Part shown: piece after piece, positions 40,860-54,355 of the stretch
How positions within the stretch are numbered: the first letter of the stretch is position 1
Layout of the letters: the number at the start of each line of letters is the position of its first letter
NCBI GenBank assembly: GCA_964016885.1
Contig: OZ024740.1
Location: 53,134,001-53,198,000, forward strand
Reading direction: 5' to 3'
Origin: Eledone cirrhosa
Lineage: Eukaryota
DNA: 64,000 nucleotides
Program-made: the position numbers and the translations under genes
Notes under the pieces: generated by a model
Told to the model about the DNA's origin: nothing
Seen by the model: the letters and a program-made list of their open reading frames with translations, nothing else
Databases searched by the model: none

Positions 40860-43800
40860 AGGGATAACTTTTACACACTCTTCGGAGAATCCTAATCTTA
40901 AAATGATTAGGACTTCCATGGACACACATAAACAGCTGAAAGAAAAATGTCCTAACGACGTAGGTAACCCCTGCGTCAAACCCTACAATCGAGTCCTGTT
41001 AAAATGTTTCCCCACCCCTCCCAATCCCACCAGACACCCCCTCCCCACCAAACATCTCTGTCCCCACCCCTCCAGAGACCACCACCTCACCAAACAACCC
41101 CTCCAACACCCCAATGGAAATTGTGCAGCCTGGTCCCCAGGAGACGAAGAGGTGAGTGATTTCTTTTCCTCTTCTGTTAACTTTTCAGCACCAACATGGC
41201 GAATATAAGAGTTGGATGTGTGAATGTACGCGGCCTGGGGATGCCCTGGGAACAGGGCAAACTCTTAAACGATCTCAGGTCGCACAGCATGGATGTAGTA
41301 GCCATTTGCGAGTCCAGGATACACAGCGGGCGACAACTGGCCCACATCTTCGACGACTTTGAGATCTACGCATCTCTCTGTCAGCCGGGAGGTGGGGTTG
41401 GGGTTGCCATTTTGCTGCGGAAACACCTGGACCTCGTAACACAGACGGTACATCTGGACCCGGAGGGTCGACTGGTGGTCCTAGACGTTGACGGTAGTGA
41501 AGGTGGAGCCTTCAGGCTAGTGGCCGCATATGCCCCATCCGGGACACCGCGGCCAGACTTCTTCAAACATCTAGAGACTTTAATGGGAACGTCCCGCTCC
41601 CTGCTGTTAGTGGGGGACTGGAATGGAATCCTAGAAGCACGTTGGGACTATTTGGGAGCATGTCCCGATAGAGAGGGGGGTGTAACAGCCTCAAACAGTT
41701 AATCGGCCGATTTGACCTGGCCGATAGATATCGACTAGATTTTCCGACTGTGCCACTGTAGACGTGGACTAATCTCAGTGGAACATCTAGATCGTACCTA
41801 GATAGGGTTCTAGTTAGAAAGAAGGATAGGGACATGTTAAGCTGTCCACAAATGTTCATGGTTGCCTATTCAGATCACCCATTAGTGACCTGCTTAGTCA
41901 ACCTTGACAAAACCCATAGGCAGGGACCCGGCTACTGGAAGCTGAACTTGTCGTTACCGACATGCAAAGCCTACAGTAGACGGATTAGCACTTTAGTTAA
42001 GCAGCACTTGATGGGGGCAATTGTCAACAACAGATGGTGGTATTCTCTCAAGAGGGCAGTTAGATTAGACTCGATAGGTTTTAGTAAAGAATTATTGTTA
42101 GATAGAAATAAGACCGAAAAGGAACTGGTAGATAAAGTAGAAGAGGCAATTAGAAGTAGCAACGTAGCCAGTGTGCTAGCGACGAGAACGGCCTTGGAAC
42201 AGTTCTTCGACGCAAAGCATGAAGGCTGCGTTGTCAGAAGCAAAATACGTGCTCTGGGAAACTAGGGAGCCAAAGCTGTTAGCTAGGCCCGAGTGACGGA
42301 GGCGAAAAGTGGCAAAAAGTCCACGATTCGGTCTTTGAAGAACCAAGACGGATGCGTGAGACGTGAGCCGAAGCAAATGTGCGCGGCCTTTCAGCGGCAC
42401 TTTGCTCAACTGTTCGGGCAGGGCGGCGCGCCGAGAGGGGCTATGGATTTCGGTCCATACCTCGACGGCCTACCGTGACTCTCCGGCAGCGAGGCGAAGT
42501 TCTGCGAAAGGCCGATTTCGGCCGCTGAGATAGGGGACGCGCTGAGCCAATGCGGCAAACGCAAATCTCCAGGTCTCGACGGTCTACCCTACGAATTTTA
42601 CGTAGCAATGCCGGACTTGTTCTCCGGTATCCTGGGAGCGGTCTACTGCAATTGGCAGTAGAACGGGAGAATTCCCAGTTCTGTGACCAAGGGCGTAATC
42701 ACGTTAGTCAGGAAAGACGAGAACAAGGGGGATGACATAGGCAACTTCCGGCCCATAACTCTGCTCAACACAGAGTTACAGATTTTGGCCAAGGTGTTGG
42801 CAAAGAGGGTGGCGCTGACATGCGCAATCCAGACCAGGTCCCGACCAGGTCCATACACGACAACCTCCACCTCATGCGATACATCATAGAGAGTGTAGGG
42901 TGTAAACCCGGCTTCGGTGGGGCCCTGATCAACTTGGACCAGTCTAAGGCTTTCGATAGGGTTGACCATCGTTACCTGGATGCGGTGCTCGAGGCGGTAG
43001 GCTTCGGTCCTGTGTTCAGGGGCTGGATTGCTGCAATGCACAACAGCAACAACTGCTCAAGGGTCAAGGTGAACGGCTACCTCTCGGAGCCGTTCCATAT
43101 CACGCGATCCATCCGACAGGGATGCTCTCGAGCCACTACTTCGGAAGTTGGAGCTATTGCAGGGCATCCCTTTGGAACCGGGTCTGCGAAAAGCGGCGTC
43201 GGCCTACGCCGACGACGTGACAGTAATAGTGTCGAGCACCTCGCGAATCGGGGAGATCGGCACCTTACTGGAGGAATACGAAAGTTTCACAGGAGCGAAG
43301 CTGAACTGGCACAAATCCGTCGGTTCGCAACTCGGAACGTAGAGAGGCAAACCGATGCTTTCCGATGACGTCGTCGGACGCTGGACGGAAGGACCGGTAA
43401 AGCTGCTCGGGGTCTGGTTTGGTCCTGACCTCCAGGAGGAGAAGAACTGGAACGAGGTGGCGGCCAAGGTGTTTGCACTCACCCAGAAGTGGGCCGAGTG
43501 CAAACTATCCTTGAAATGTCGAGCGGAGATGGCGAACACTGTTATATCGTCCGTCATCTACTACCGCTTGACCGTTGTGCCTTGTCCAGCCAAAACGCTC
43601 ACCAAAATGGAGCGCGCGCTCTTCCAATTCCTTTGGAAGAAACGGGCTCCTTTGGTGAGAAGATCCATCTGCTGCAGGGGCGCCCGGGTAGGGACCCTTC
43701 GAAAAAGATCTGTCCGAGAATCGTGCGCGAAGAAGAAACCGTCGCACACGCATTTGTACACTGCCCGGGCGTTACCGACCTGTGGGGCTATGTAGAACGA

Positions 43801-44358
43801 CTATTGTCGCGGGTGGAACCAATCCAGTTGACCACCGAGTCCATTGTCATGATCAAACCGCCACCCTCCTTCAAAAACGAGAGAGAGGCGGTTTTCCTAT
43901 GTGTTATGGCTATGGTGAAAGAGATTATATGGTGGACGAGGTTAAAAGGGCTGAGGTCAGACACCTTTCTCTCCGGCGAACAACTGATTCGTTTTTTCAA
44001 ATATCATTTTGGAAGAAGAATCAGGATGGGGAGAGAGGTGCTGTACTCCAGCAAATTTTATAAAAGGTGGGTGAATGTGGCAAGAATGGCACGAGTGGTT
44101 GGGCCTTCTCTCTATATAAGCCTGTAGGTTGAGGAAAAAGAGGAAGAGAGGAAGGGAGTACTCACTCTTGCTGCTCCTGGAGATGAGGGTTGTACATTTT
44201 TTCGGGGTGTGTACAACCCCTGTGTAACACCTCCCCCCTATTGGGGATTTCAATTGTTATTGGTTGTTTTATTAATAGTTTTATTTTCATATACCTGTAT
44301 GTAAACTCCCATTTGTATTTGTCCTCTTCTTTTGTGCCCTTGTGGCTAATAAAGAAGT

Positions 44359-44359
<1 letters not shown>
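40859..44359 (+). mobile_element. Second, diverged, 5'-truncated Tx1-clade copy with disrupted ORF2 (41196-44127)
   Basis: Same APE and RT motifs plus IRQGC and SAYADDVT; many stops and frameshifts; AATAAA then (TATC)n at 44360-44436. Confidence 0.9.
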
Positions 44360-44438
<79 letters not shown>

Positions 44439-45143
44439 AAATCTGTCTGCTATCAGTCTGTCCATACACTCATACACAGACATACAAACACGCGTATATA
44501 CTTACATGGGCATTTATGTATGAATCTATGTATGAATCTATATATATATATTTTTTAAAATAAGACTCCAGTTGCATTTTCGATTTCATCTTTTTTGTTT
44601 ATATATATATATATAATTGTTTCTACTTTTGGGCACAAGGCCAGCAATTACACAGTACATTACTGGTACTTTATTTTATCGACTTCGTAAGGATGAAAGG
44701 CAAAGTAAATCTCATATATATATAATACTGTGTATATGTGTGTGTCGCTCCGTTCATATAAATAAATATATGTAGCTGGTATGCGCCTGGATGTATATCT
44801 ACGCATGCATGTATGCATGCTTATATTTATGTATACAGGTATAAATGCGTATATTTGTCTATGAACTATCGGCTATGAACACCCCATGAGTGTGTGCACG
44901 TGCACGCACTAGAGCGTGTGTATGTGATTGTGTGTGAATGCAAGTATACATTTAAATATACTGGTAAATATTATAATATATATATATACTAGAAAATGTA
45001 GAAACATATGTAATGAAAATATTACACCTATATATAATCACCTGGATGTATGCATGTATGTATATATATATATGTAAGTATTTATGTATGTATGCATGCA
45101 TCTTTATATATATATATATATATATATACATAAATACACACAG

Positions 45144-45196
<53 letters not shown>

Positions 45197-45261
45197 CACC
45201 TGGATGTATGTATGTATATATATATATATATATGTAAGTATTTATGTATGTATGCATGCAT

Positions 45262-45296
<35 letters not shown>

Positions 45297-45349
45297 AATA
45301 CACACACACACACACACATACACCCCCCCCCATACACACATATATATAA

Positions 45350-45654
45350 TCGCTATTTCAGAGCACCAATCCTAATACCTAATTTTTGCTGGACCGGCAA
45401 CCGCTCTGTATAATCAGCTCCTAATTATTACTGGAATTCTATAAGAATCCAGCTGCTATAATTTTCGGCGTGAAACAGACTGTTAGCTTCTCTCCCTTCT
45501 TTCACCGAAAAGAAGTAAGTGACATAGTCACTACTTTAAGACCGAGAGCGTATGGTCTTCAAAATGTTTTTAATTAAACATACGGCATAATGCCAAATAT
45601 ACTATACATACATTCATGTATACATCGCTATTTCAGGGCACCAATCCCAATACC

Positions 45655-45655
<1 letters not shown>
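45350..45655 (+). repeat. pLTR-like repeat homologous to 58330-58640 (HHR core deleted)
   Basis: Shared accggcaaccgctctgtataatcag...gtgacatagtcactactttaa; retains GAAAcagactgTTagct. Confidence 0.65.
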
Positions 45656-45685
<30 letters not shown>

Positions 45686-47148
45686 GTAGAATAATCGAGT
45701 ATCGAAAAATCGGCGCACGAGTTCACGATAAACAAAATTCGAGATGAGCGGCAGAGGGCTCTATAATTCAAATAAATTAGAGCTATAACTATCGTTAAAT
45801 ACCGTCACACGTAGAATATGTCTACAATCAACCAATTAACCGATAAGTTCGATATGGAAGATTCGGGACACTCAGATAAATTATCAATAAATCAATAAAT
45901 GAAATGAATGTAAAATGCATACCCGGACCCACTAGAGAGATGGAATATCTAGCTTCTTGGGTTTCTGTAAATCCTTAAACCGTCATCTATCAGCTCATAC
46001 AAAAATATAAGACTTACAGATGCCGGGGGACTGGATTTACTTTATCAAATATTAAATAGTACATATTTAAGAGATATTTTTTCGTGTATTCTGCGGGTAG
46101 TTTGAAAACGTGAATTCTCTTTCAAAGTATCTTCTTATATATGCTTTCTTTATGAAGGTGTGGTGGTCAAGGTGGAAGAGGTGTTCAACAAGTTAAGATT
46201 CAATTGAATTCACTTTATTAAAAATAGAAAGAGCTCTTACCATTCATAATAATGGTCAAGATGGCAACAATGTGTAACTTGAAACAGCGTAGTCCTCACC
46301 AAAACGAAAATTTATTGTCGAGAAAATTGGGTAAATTACCCCTGTAGAGGAGAAAAAAAGGACTGAGCTGACTGCAAGAAATCGAACATGGCATCTCTCA
46401 GATGCTGATCGAGTGCTTTAAACATCAGGTTAAGGGGTGCTCAGACATTCCCGGCTGTTTTATATTTATGTTCATTTCTGTAGGGTCGAATACCTTTCAC
46501 ATTTCCAAATCTCTCAATGTTATACACATTAACACACACACCCTCTCTCTGTCTCTCTCACATAGAAACACACACACTCACATACACACACACTCTCTCT
46601 CTCACACATATACATACTCTCTCTCACTCTCTCTCACACTCTCTCTCTCCCACACATACACACACACTCTCTCTTACACACACTCTCTCTCTCACACACA
46701 CACTCTCTCTCTCACACACACACTCTCTCCAACACACACTCGCTCTCTCACAGACACATATATATAATTATATATAAGAACACAGCATGAATGAGGTAAC
46801 ATCTGAGACTATATTGAAACACGGGAGTACTCAGTAGTTTTTATGTCTAAAAAGGCACCAGCTGTATATAACGAAACCTGAGTTTTCGATTAAGAATAAA
46901 AACGTAAACGATATATTTGTGAATAGTTGTGTTTTGTAATTTAATACAATATAATTGCTGGACGTGGAATATTACTTTTGCAGAATTGTTTGCAATTTTG
47001 TATTTCTCATTTACCTTCTACTTACGAGAAATGTTCAGATGTACAGCTTTTATTTGGTACAACTAATCCTAATAACTCAGTGTATTCAGACATTTTATTT
47101 TCAGTAAAAGATACTAGAAAAGATTATTGCTATTACACACACACACAC

Positions 47149-47211
<63 letters not shown>

Positions 47212-47320
47212 TATATATATATATATATATACACACACTACTATATATATATGCAAATCTTTCTCAGAGTGTGCGTCCAGATATAGACATGTTCACACAC
47301 ATACACACTATATATATGGG

Positions 47321-47373
<53 letters not shown>

Positions 47374-47478
47374 ATATATCCTAATGATATTTTGTATAAA
47401 TGTATCTCTATTCTACATACACGTAGAAGCACAGACACTCACACACACACACACACACACATATATATAAGTATATAA

Positions 47479-47560
<82 letters not shown>

Positions 47561-47571
47561 ATATATATATA

Positions 47572-47639
<68 letters not shown>

Positions 47640-48591
47640 TGTCTACATCTATATATGTCTGTGTGTGCATATCTATGTGTATGTGTGTATGTGTGTATGC
47701 GTGCGTGAATGGCACGTGTGTAAGATGAAATTTATTTATAATTTCATGTCAATTTCACTCATCCCTTCGGCAGGTTCGATTCACCGTTAAAGTAGCTAAT
47801 CAGGATTGAAATAAGTGGATAAGTACATGTGAAATAGACAAGAATGAAAAGAAAATTCTATAATAGAGGAGGAAAATATCTTTGTAATAACTGCAAATTC
47901 TTAATAATAATATGTCATTATAAAGTTGCTGCAAGAATTACTGTAAACTGAACTATCGAATATTTTTCAATGATTCTAGATTGGATTAATAGAATGTGAA
48001 GTTTCATCATGGCGTGTATATATATCTTTTTTTTTCACTAACCTTTAACGTTAATTAGTTGAATAAAATAACAGTGGTTGTAATTCCAATCACTTGGAAA
48101 AGAATGTGGCCCATAGGAGCAATTTCAGATAATTAAGGATTTATTGGTTGACGATTTGATAAGGGTTACGTCCTATTGGGTAAAAAGTTTCCGGTTCGTA
48201 TTCAGGTAGACTTTACTTTTTGCATTTTGAAACATAATTTAAATAAACGAAGTTCACTCAGTTGCAAGCATGCGGACCCATGTCTTCTGTCTGAAGATAC
48301 CTTACTCCTCACTCCTAAAAGATTTGGTGGCCCTCAAAATGGTCTCGGCAACTGCCCTTTCATCGTTAAAGAGTAAAAGAGCATACTCTCTCTACTCTCG
48401 CGCCCTCTCTCTCTTTCTCTCTCTCACATACACTCACACACTCTCTCTGTGTGTACATAGATATATGATATAAAGGAGTACAGTTACGTTGTGAATTATG
48501 AATAATTAAATTTACGGAGTCATAACCATATTCATTTATTGTCGCTTTGAATTTAGATTCAATGAGGTTATTTTCGATGTCTTTGGATGAC

Positions 48592-48637
48592 AATTGACCT
48601 CATAGCCTTCGCTGTTATTTAACAGTTCATCAGAATT
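48592..48637 (-). ncRNA. Decayed minimal hammerhead
   Basis: Minus strand reads aatt-CTGATGA-actgtt aaat aacagc-GAAG-gctatgagg-TC-aatt. Confidence 0.4.
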
Positions 48638-48734
48638 CGCTTACTTCTTCCAAGAAATACAGAATGATGAATAGTGGACAGTTACTGAAGAAAATGTTAA
48701 TAACATTGTGCTAGTTACATATAATCTACACAAT

Positions 48735-49130
48735 CCGGGCACTGACGTCCGTAACACGGAGGAGAGGAAGACAGCTACATAGTGGCATCTCACAGACATT
48801 GCCATGCCGGTTGCCGCCAAGCCCTTAGGTATCCGCGGCCCTTGAACTAACGTTTTCCTCCGAAAATCAAGAGGAGTGCATCCTATCTGAGGAAGGAGCC
48901 CCGTGAAGTAGAGTGGCCGATGCAGCGGGTGACGATGGCTGTTCTCCGTGGAAATGCCTTTGCCATTTTGTCCGTGGGGCACCTGCTGAGATAAGCCGGC
49001 CAGACTGGGGTGTAGAGTCTACCTCTCCTGCCTTTCAATTGCATTTGATTTGTCTTTTCTCTTTCCTTTCCTTTTTTTGTTCTTTGTATTGTATTATTTA
49101 ATATATTTTCATTACCATTTACATAACGAT
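48735..49130 (+). mobile_element. CRE-clade (restriction-like endonuclease) non-LTR retrotransposon 3' fragment
   Basis: EERK...MPVAAKPLGIRGP...FLRK...QRVTMAVLRGNAFAILS resembles the CRE C-terminal P.A.E..G / QR.S.A..RGNA motif. Confidence 0.6.
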
Positions 49131-49553
49131 GCAATTAATTCTTATGAACACATAGCACAGCAAACCCGAATAAATACTTCAAGGTATTTTGTCCCTACGC
49201 GCTAGTGACATGATCATCTAACCGCCTATAGCTGCCAATTTGCCCATTATTTTCAGTCAAAATCTAAAACTAAATTTCCAAATGTAACATAAATTTTTTT
49301 AAAGGTAATAAAAGAAATTTTTATTACAATTTCTAGCAAATCGAATGACTGCATGATTGCATTCAAGGTGCTTCGTCGGTTCGTCATTAAATGTTATTCC
49401 ATTATGAGATTTTGTTTACGATATTCCAAATTTTTATAATTCGTATTAACTACTCTCTCTCTCTCCCCCTCTCTGTCTCTCTCCTCCTCTCTCTCTATCT
49501 GTATATATATACACAGATAGAGAGAGAGAGAGGGATATATATATATATATATG

Positions 49554-49601
<48 letters not shown>

Positions 49602-49624
49602 TATGTATATATATGTTTATATAA

Positions 49625-52369
49625 AAAAACCTCACTCCTCACCAACAAAGAATGAAAAATAAAATAGAGGTGATGTTTGGTAACAGTAGAAATAGAACTC
49701 TCCAATATAAGCTGATCACCCTCAAACAAGAATTGAGAGCTGTTAGCGAAAAACGCCGATACCTGAAGAAAGTAGGTGAGAGAAAAGTGCTTAATAAAAG
49801 ATTCAGACGAAACCAAACATCAGTCTATAGAGATATGAAGGGCAAAATAATAAGTGTCTCTGAGGACACATCCCAGAAAGACATAAATTCCTTTTGGAGC
49901 AAAATATGGGGTGAAAAGAAGAATTTCAATCAAGATGCAGTGTGGCTAAGAGAAATATGAAAGAACTATTGCTCCTACACTACAACAAACACATACGAAA
50001 TAAGAGACTGTGATAGGAAAACTCCAAGATAAGAAAACACCAGGAAGAGACATGATTGTCGGCGACTGGTACAAAAAACTGATATTCTATCGGAGGTATC
50101 TTACTGACCTCTACCAACAAGTTCTTAAGGGAGATACACTTATATCAGAATGGTTGACATTAGCACAAACATTACAGGTCCCCAAGAACAAAGACACCCA
50201 CTTGGAAAATAACTACCGACCAATTGCATGCCAGAACCTGATGTATAAGATGTATACAGCCTGCCTGATCCTATTCCTCCAAGATCACTGTGAAAATAAT
50301 AACATCATCACAGATGAACAAGCAGCTGGAAAGAAAGAGGTTTGGGGATGTGCTGAACAACTCCTAATCAAGAAAACTGCGATATCGGAGGTGCGACATC
50401 TTAGGAGGAATATGACTACAGTCTGGCTGGACTACAGAAAAGCTTTCGATTCTGTTCCCCACTCTTGGATGATAGAGGCCCTCCAACTTGCTAAAGTCCC
50501 AGATATTATTGTCAGAGCCATAGAGAGGCTGTATTCTTCTTGGGCTACTATCCTAAGGTTAAGACAGAGAGGGAGGACTCTATTTTCACTGATAAAATAA
50601 AATATTGCAGGGGTATATTTCAGGGGGACAGTCTCTCTGTGATATTATTCATCCTGTCATTAAACCCCTAGTCCTTTCTGCTCAAGAAATGTGAGTGATA
50701 CATCATTGGCTCACAGGAGGAAAGAAATACGAACCTAACCTATAATTTCTTTGTGGACGATCTGAAACTCTATGCCAAGAACATGGATGGGATGAAGAAA
50801 AATCTTGTCCTGGTTACAACGTTCTCAAAGGATATAGGAATGGAGTTTGGCCAAGATAAATGCTCATACATGACTGTAAAGCGGGGAAAAATAACAACCC
50901 AATCTAGCAACATTATCATCAATGGCCTAACTGTTTCACCGATATCTGATGAGGACTGCTATAGATACCTGGGGATAGATGAGAACATATCCTATAATGG
51001 GATCTGTAATAAAGAACGCGTAACCAGGGAATACTACATCCGATTAAGAAAGATCTGGTCATCGGAACTCTCTGCGCAAAACAAAACAGTGACTCACAAT
51101 GTGTTTGCTGTGCCTGTCCTAACATCAACGTTTGGAATACTCAATTGGACGATAGACGAAATCTGAGCAGTTGATGTTGGAACTCGAAAAATACTAAACA
51201 ACACCGGAAACTTCTACATCAACAGTGACATAGACCGCCTTTACTTGAAACGTAAGCAGTGAGGCAGACGCCTAACATCAGTCCAGACAACATTTGAATG
51301 TCGCATCATATCTCTCCGACAACATCTACAAACCTCGAAGCGTAGGAGCCCGTTTCTCGAGCAAGTCTATCTGCATGAAACAGATAAGATCATGAGAGTT
51401 GGGAAGGAACTCTTCGAGAGATATTCCCTGTGTGATAATCAAAAACTCACACCCAGGGATGTCGCTCAGCAGTATCGCAGTATATCCATGGATGAAAAAC
51501 TGCATGCTTATCAGCAAAAAATCATGCATGGATATGTTGCCAGGAAGCTCCAGAGTGAGAGTAATATAGATAAAGAAAGTAGTCTATCTTGGACCAAGCA
51601 GTCATAAGCAGCTGTCCGAAGATGTCATCGCGGTACTATCTACCTATGAGGCATGATGTAGTGGCCAAAACACTTTACAATGCAGTTCGTAAAAAATATA
51701 GCCCCGATAATAAACACATTAAAAGCTACAGCAATGTGGAAGACATCCATGTACATAATATGAAAGAGTACTGGTGGAATGTTCCAGTAAAAACCCCAAT
51801 GAAATGCAGGCATAACAGACCAGATATTATGATATGGGACAGGGAGAAGAAAGCATGCACAGTAGTGTAGGTTAGCTGCCCAGCAGATGCCAATATAATA
51901 TCAATGATTAGTGAAAAGGAGAATATTTATGCAGAACTGATAAGAAATCTGCAGATACTCCACCCTGATTACACCTTCAGATTTATGCCTGTGATTATTG
52001 GGGCACTGGGGTATGTTAGTAACTGCCTCAGTACAAATCTTGAGAAGCTAGGCTTCACAGGAACAGAAAGAACACAACTAGTTAGGAAATTACAAGTACA
52101 ATCCATTAATGGAACAGTAAAAATATGTAAAACATTCCAAAAATGTTGCATCTAATAACTGCATATACACATGTACAGATACAAAGCATATACATATGCA
52201 CACATACAACTCAAAACATCCACACACAATAACATCCATATCTACACATGCGTCCATACATACATATCTACCTAGTTGATGTGAAAATTCCAATGAGAGA
52301 GCCTTGTGTCTATGTTGAAACCGACTCTCTCTCTATTGGTAAAACTTTGTTAAATTATAAAACCAGAAG
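49625..52369 (+). mobile_element. R4/Dong-clade non-LTR retrotransposon (RT + restriction-like endonuclease), 5'-truncated and decayed
   Basis: NYRPIAC, WLDYRKAFDSVPHSW, GIFQGDSLS, FVDDLKLYA, YRYLG, RHDVVAK, HNRPDI, VIIGALG; several stops; ends directly in (AC)n. Confidence 0.85.
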
Positions 52370-52426
<57 letters not shown>

Positions 52427-53275
52427 ACACACACACACATAAACACACGCACACACACACACACACACTCATATTAGGAGACATATATATGGAAATGTCT
52501 ATGGCCGTTGCAATGTATTTGAGACAGGTATGGGAAGGGGTGAACTGCATAAATTCATTAAGTCCATTTCGATGGACTTCCGTACAGTTTCCGTCAACTC
52601 AACTTGACTCAAAAGGTTCGAGGCGAACCCAAGTTTTGATCGAAGATATTTGCTCTAAGTAACGCGCGGTGGGATTGACTCAGGAATCAAATGAATGTTA
52701 AATGTTCACAACCAGGGGGCTGTGACTATGCCTAACTCTGTTTTACAGCCATGTTATGTAACCCTAAAGAATATTTCATCGTAAAATAATTTAACAGAGT
52801 GTGTATTGTTTTTAAAGAACGGCCATATATATATATATATAAAGAAAAAGAGATGAAATCGAAAATGCAACTGGAGTCTTATTTTTTTAAAAATATATAT
52901 ATTTATTTGGTTCCTTTACCGGTTTCGCAGTTCTTCTGCTTTTCAAAAGGTGAGTTGAGATGGAGGGTCTGTGGTTTTTCTCACATCTGGTTGGTCTCTG
53001 AATGTTACTTGTTTTATATGGAAAAAGTGGCTCAAAATGCCAGGTTTTTCGAGAAGTAATTTGATTGATTTGTCAATAATTATAATAAATTTCGCGCCAG
53101 TTCGCGTTATAATAGTTCTTTTTACTTGAAAAAAGGGGCTCACGAAGGCTTTTTTGGGGTTGGTTATAAATGAAATTAAGGCTGTCACGTGAACAAGTTT
53201 TCATTAAATTTTCGTGCCCTTATTTGGAAATCCATTCTGTAGCCTTTTTAGTGAATTTTATGATAGGTGAAAGAT

Positions 53276-53455
53276 AATTGTTTCTACTTTTGGCACAAGG
53301 CCAGTAATTACCCAGTGCATTACTGGTACTTTATTTTATCGACCCCGTAAGGATGAAAGGCAAAGTTAACCTCGGCGGGATTTGAACTCAGAATGGCAAG
53401 GGCCGTAACTATGCGTCAAAGCATGGCGTCCGACTCTCTACCGATACTGCCAATA
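53276..53455 (-). mobile_element. SINE inserted in left pLTR (TSD about 16 bp)
   Basis: Flanked by ata(g/a)gtgaaagataat; the empty site is visible in the pLTR copies at about 2530 and 25897. Confidence 0.85.
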
Positions 53456-53600
53456 TAAGTGAAAGATAATGGTCAAGAGAAAGGGATGGGAGAATTGTTC
53501 TGGTTCAGTGAATATGGTTAGTTCGCTGGGGTGTCAGAATTCAGATTTTCTATTGAATAAAGAAAGTAAAGATATGTATGTTTATTTGTGTGCTTGTGTG

Positions 53601-53631
<31 letters not shown>

Positions 53632-53947
53632 TGTGTGTGTGTGTGTTTGAATTTGTTTACTTAAAAAAAAGGTGGTTCACGAAGGCTTTTTTTTTAATAA
53701 ACGTGATTTGATTGGTTATAAATGAAATTTGGCTGTCACGTGAACAAGTTTTCATTACATTTTCGCGCCCTTATTTGGAAATCTATTCTGTAGCCTTTAT
53801 AGAGAATGTTATGACAAGGGAAAGATAGTGGTCAAGAGAAATGGGATTGGGAGAATTGTTCTGGTTCAGTGAATATGGTTAATTGGCTGGGGTGTCAGAG
53901 TTCAGATTTTCTATTGAAGTAAAGATATGTATGTTTATTTGTGTGCT

Positions 53948-54009
<62 letters not shown>

Positions 54010-54355
54010 TATTGGAAGATAATTCTATTAGTAGAAATAGGGGAGGGAGTTGTGGGTGTGGGGGTTGTTATGTGTGTGTATGGGTGTTACGTGGGTGGGA
54101 GTATGGTTAGCATGTTAAGATGAAGAGAATATATATATATATATTGTGTGTGTGTGTGTGTGTGTGTGTGTAGGAAAATGATTCCTTTAGTAGGAATATT
54201 TTTGAATGAACATATTTTCCTTACTTATTCGTATTTCTGTTGTATTGTCAGTGCAAACGTATGTTAAGGTTTATTTAGTTCGGGTTTTTATTTTCTAAAG
54301 TAGAAGGTGTTATGTGTGTGTGTGTATGTCATTTATGGTGTTGACATAATGTATA

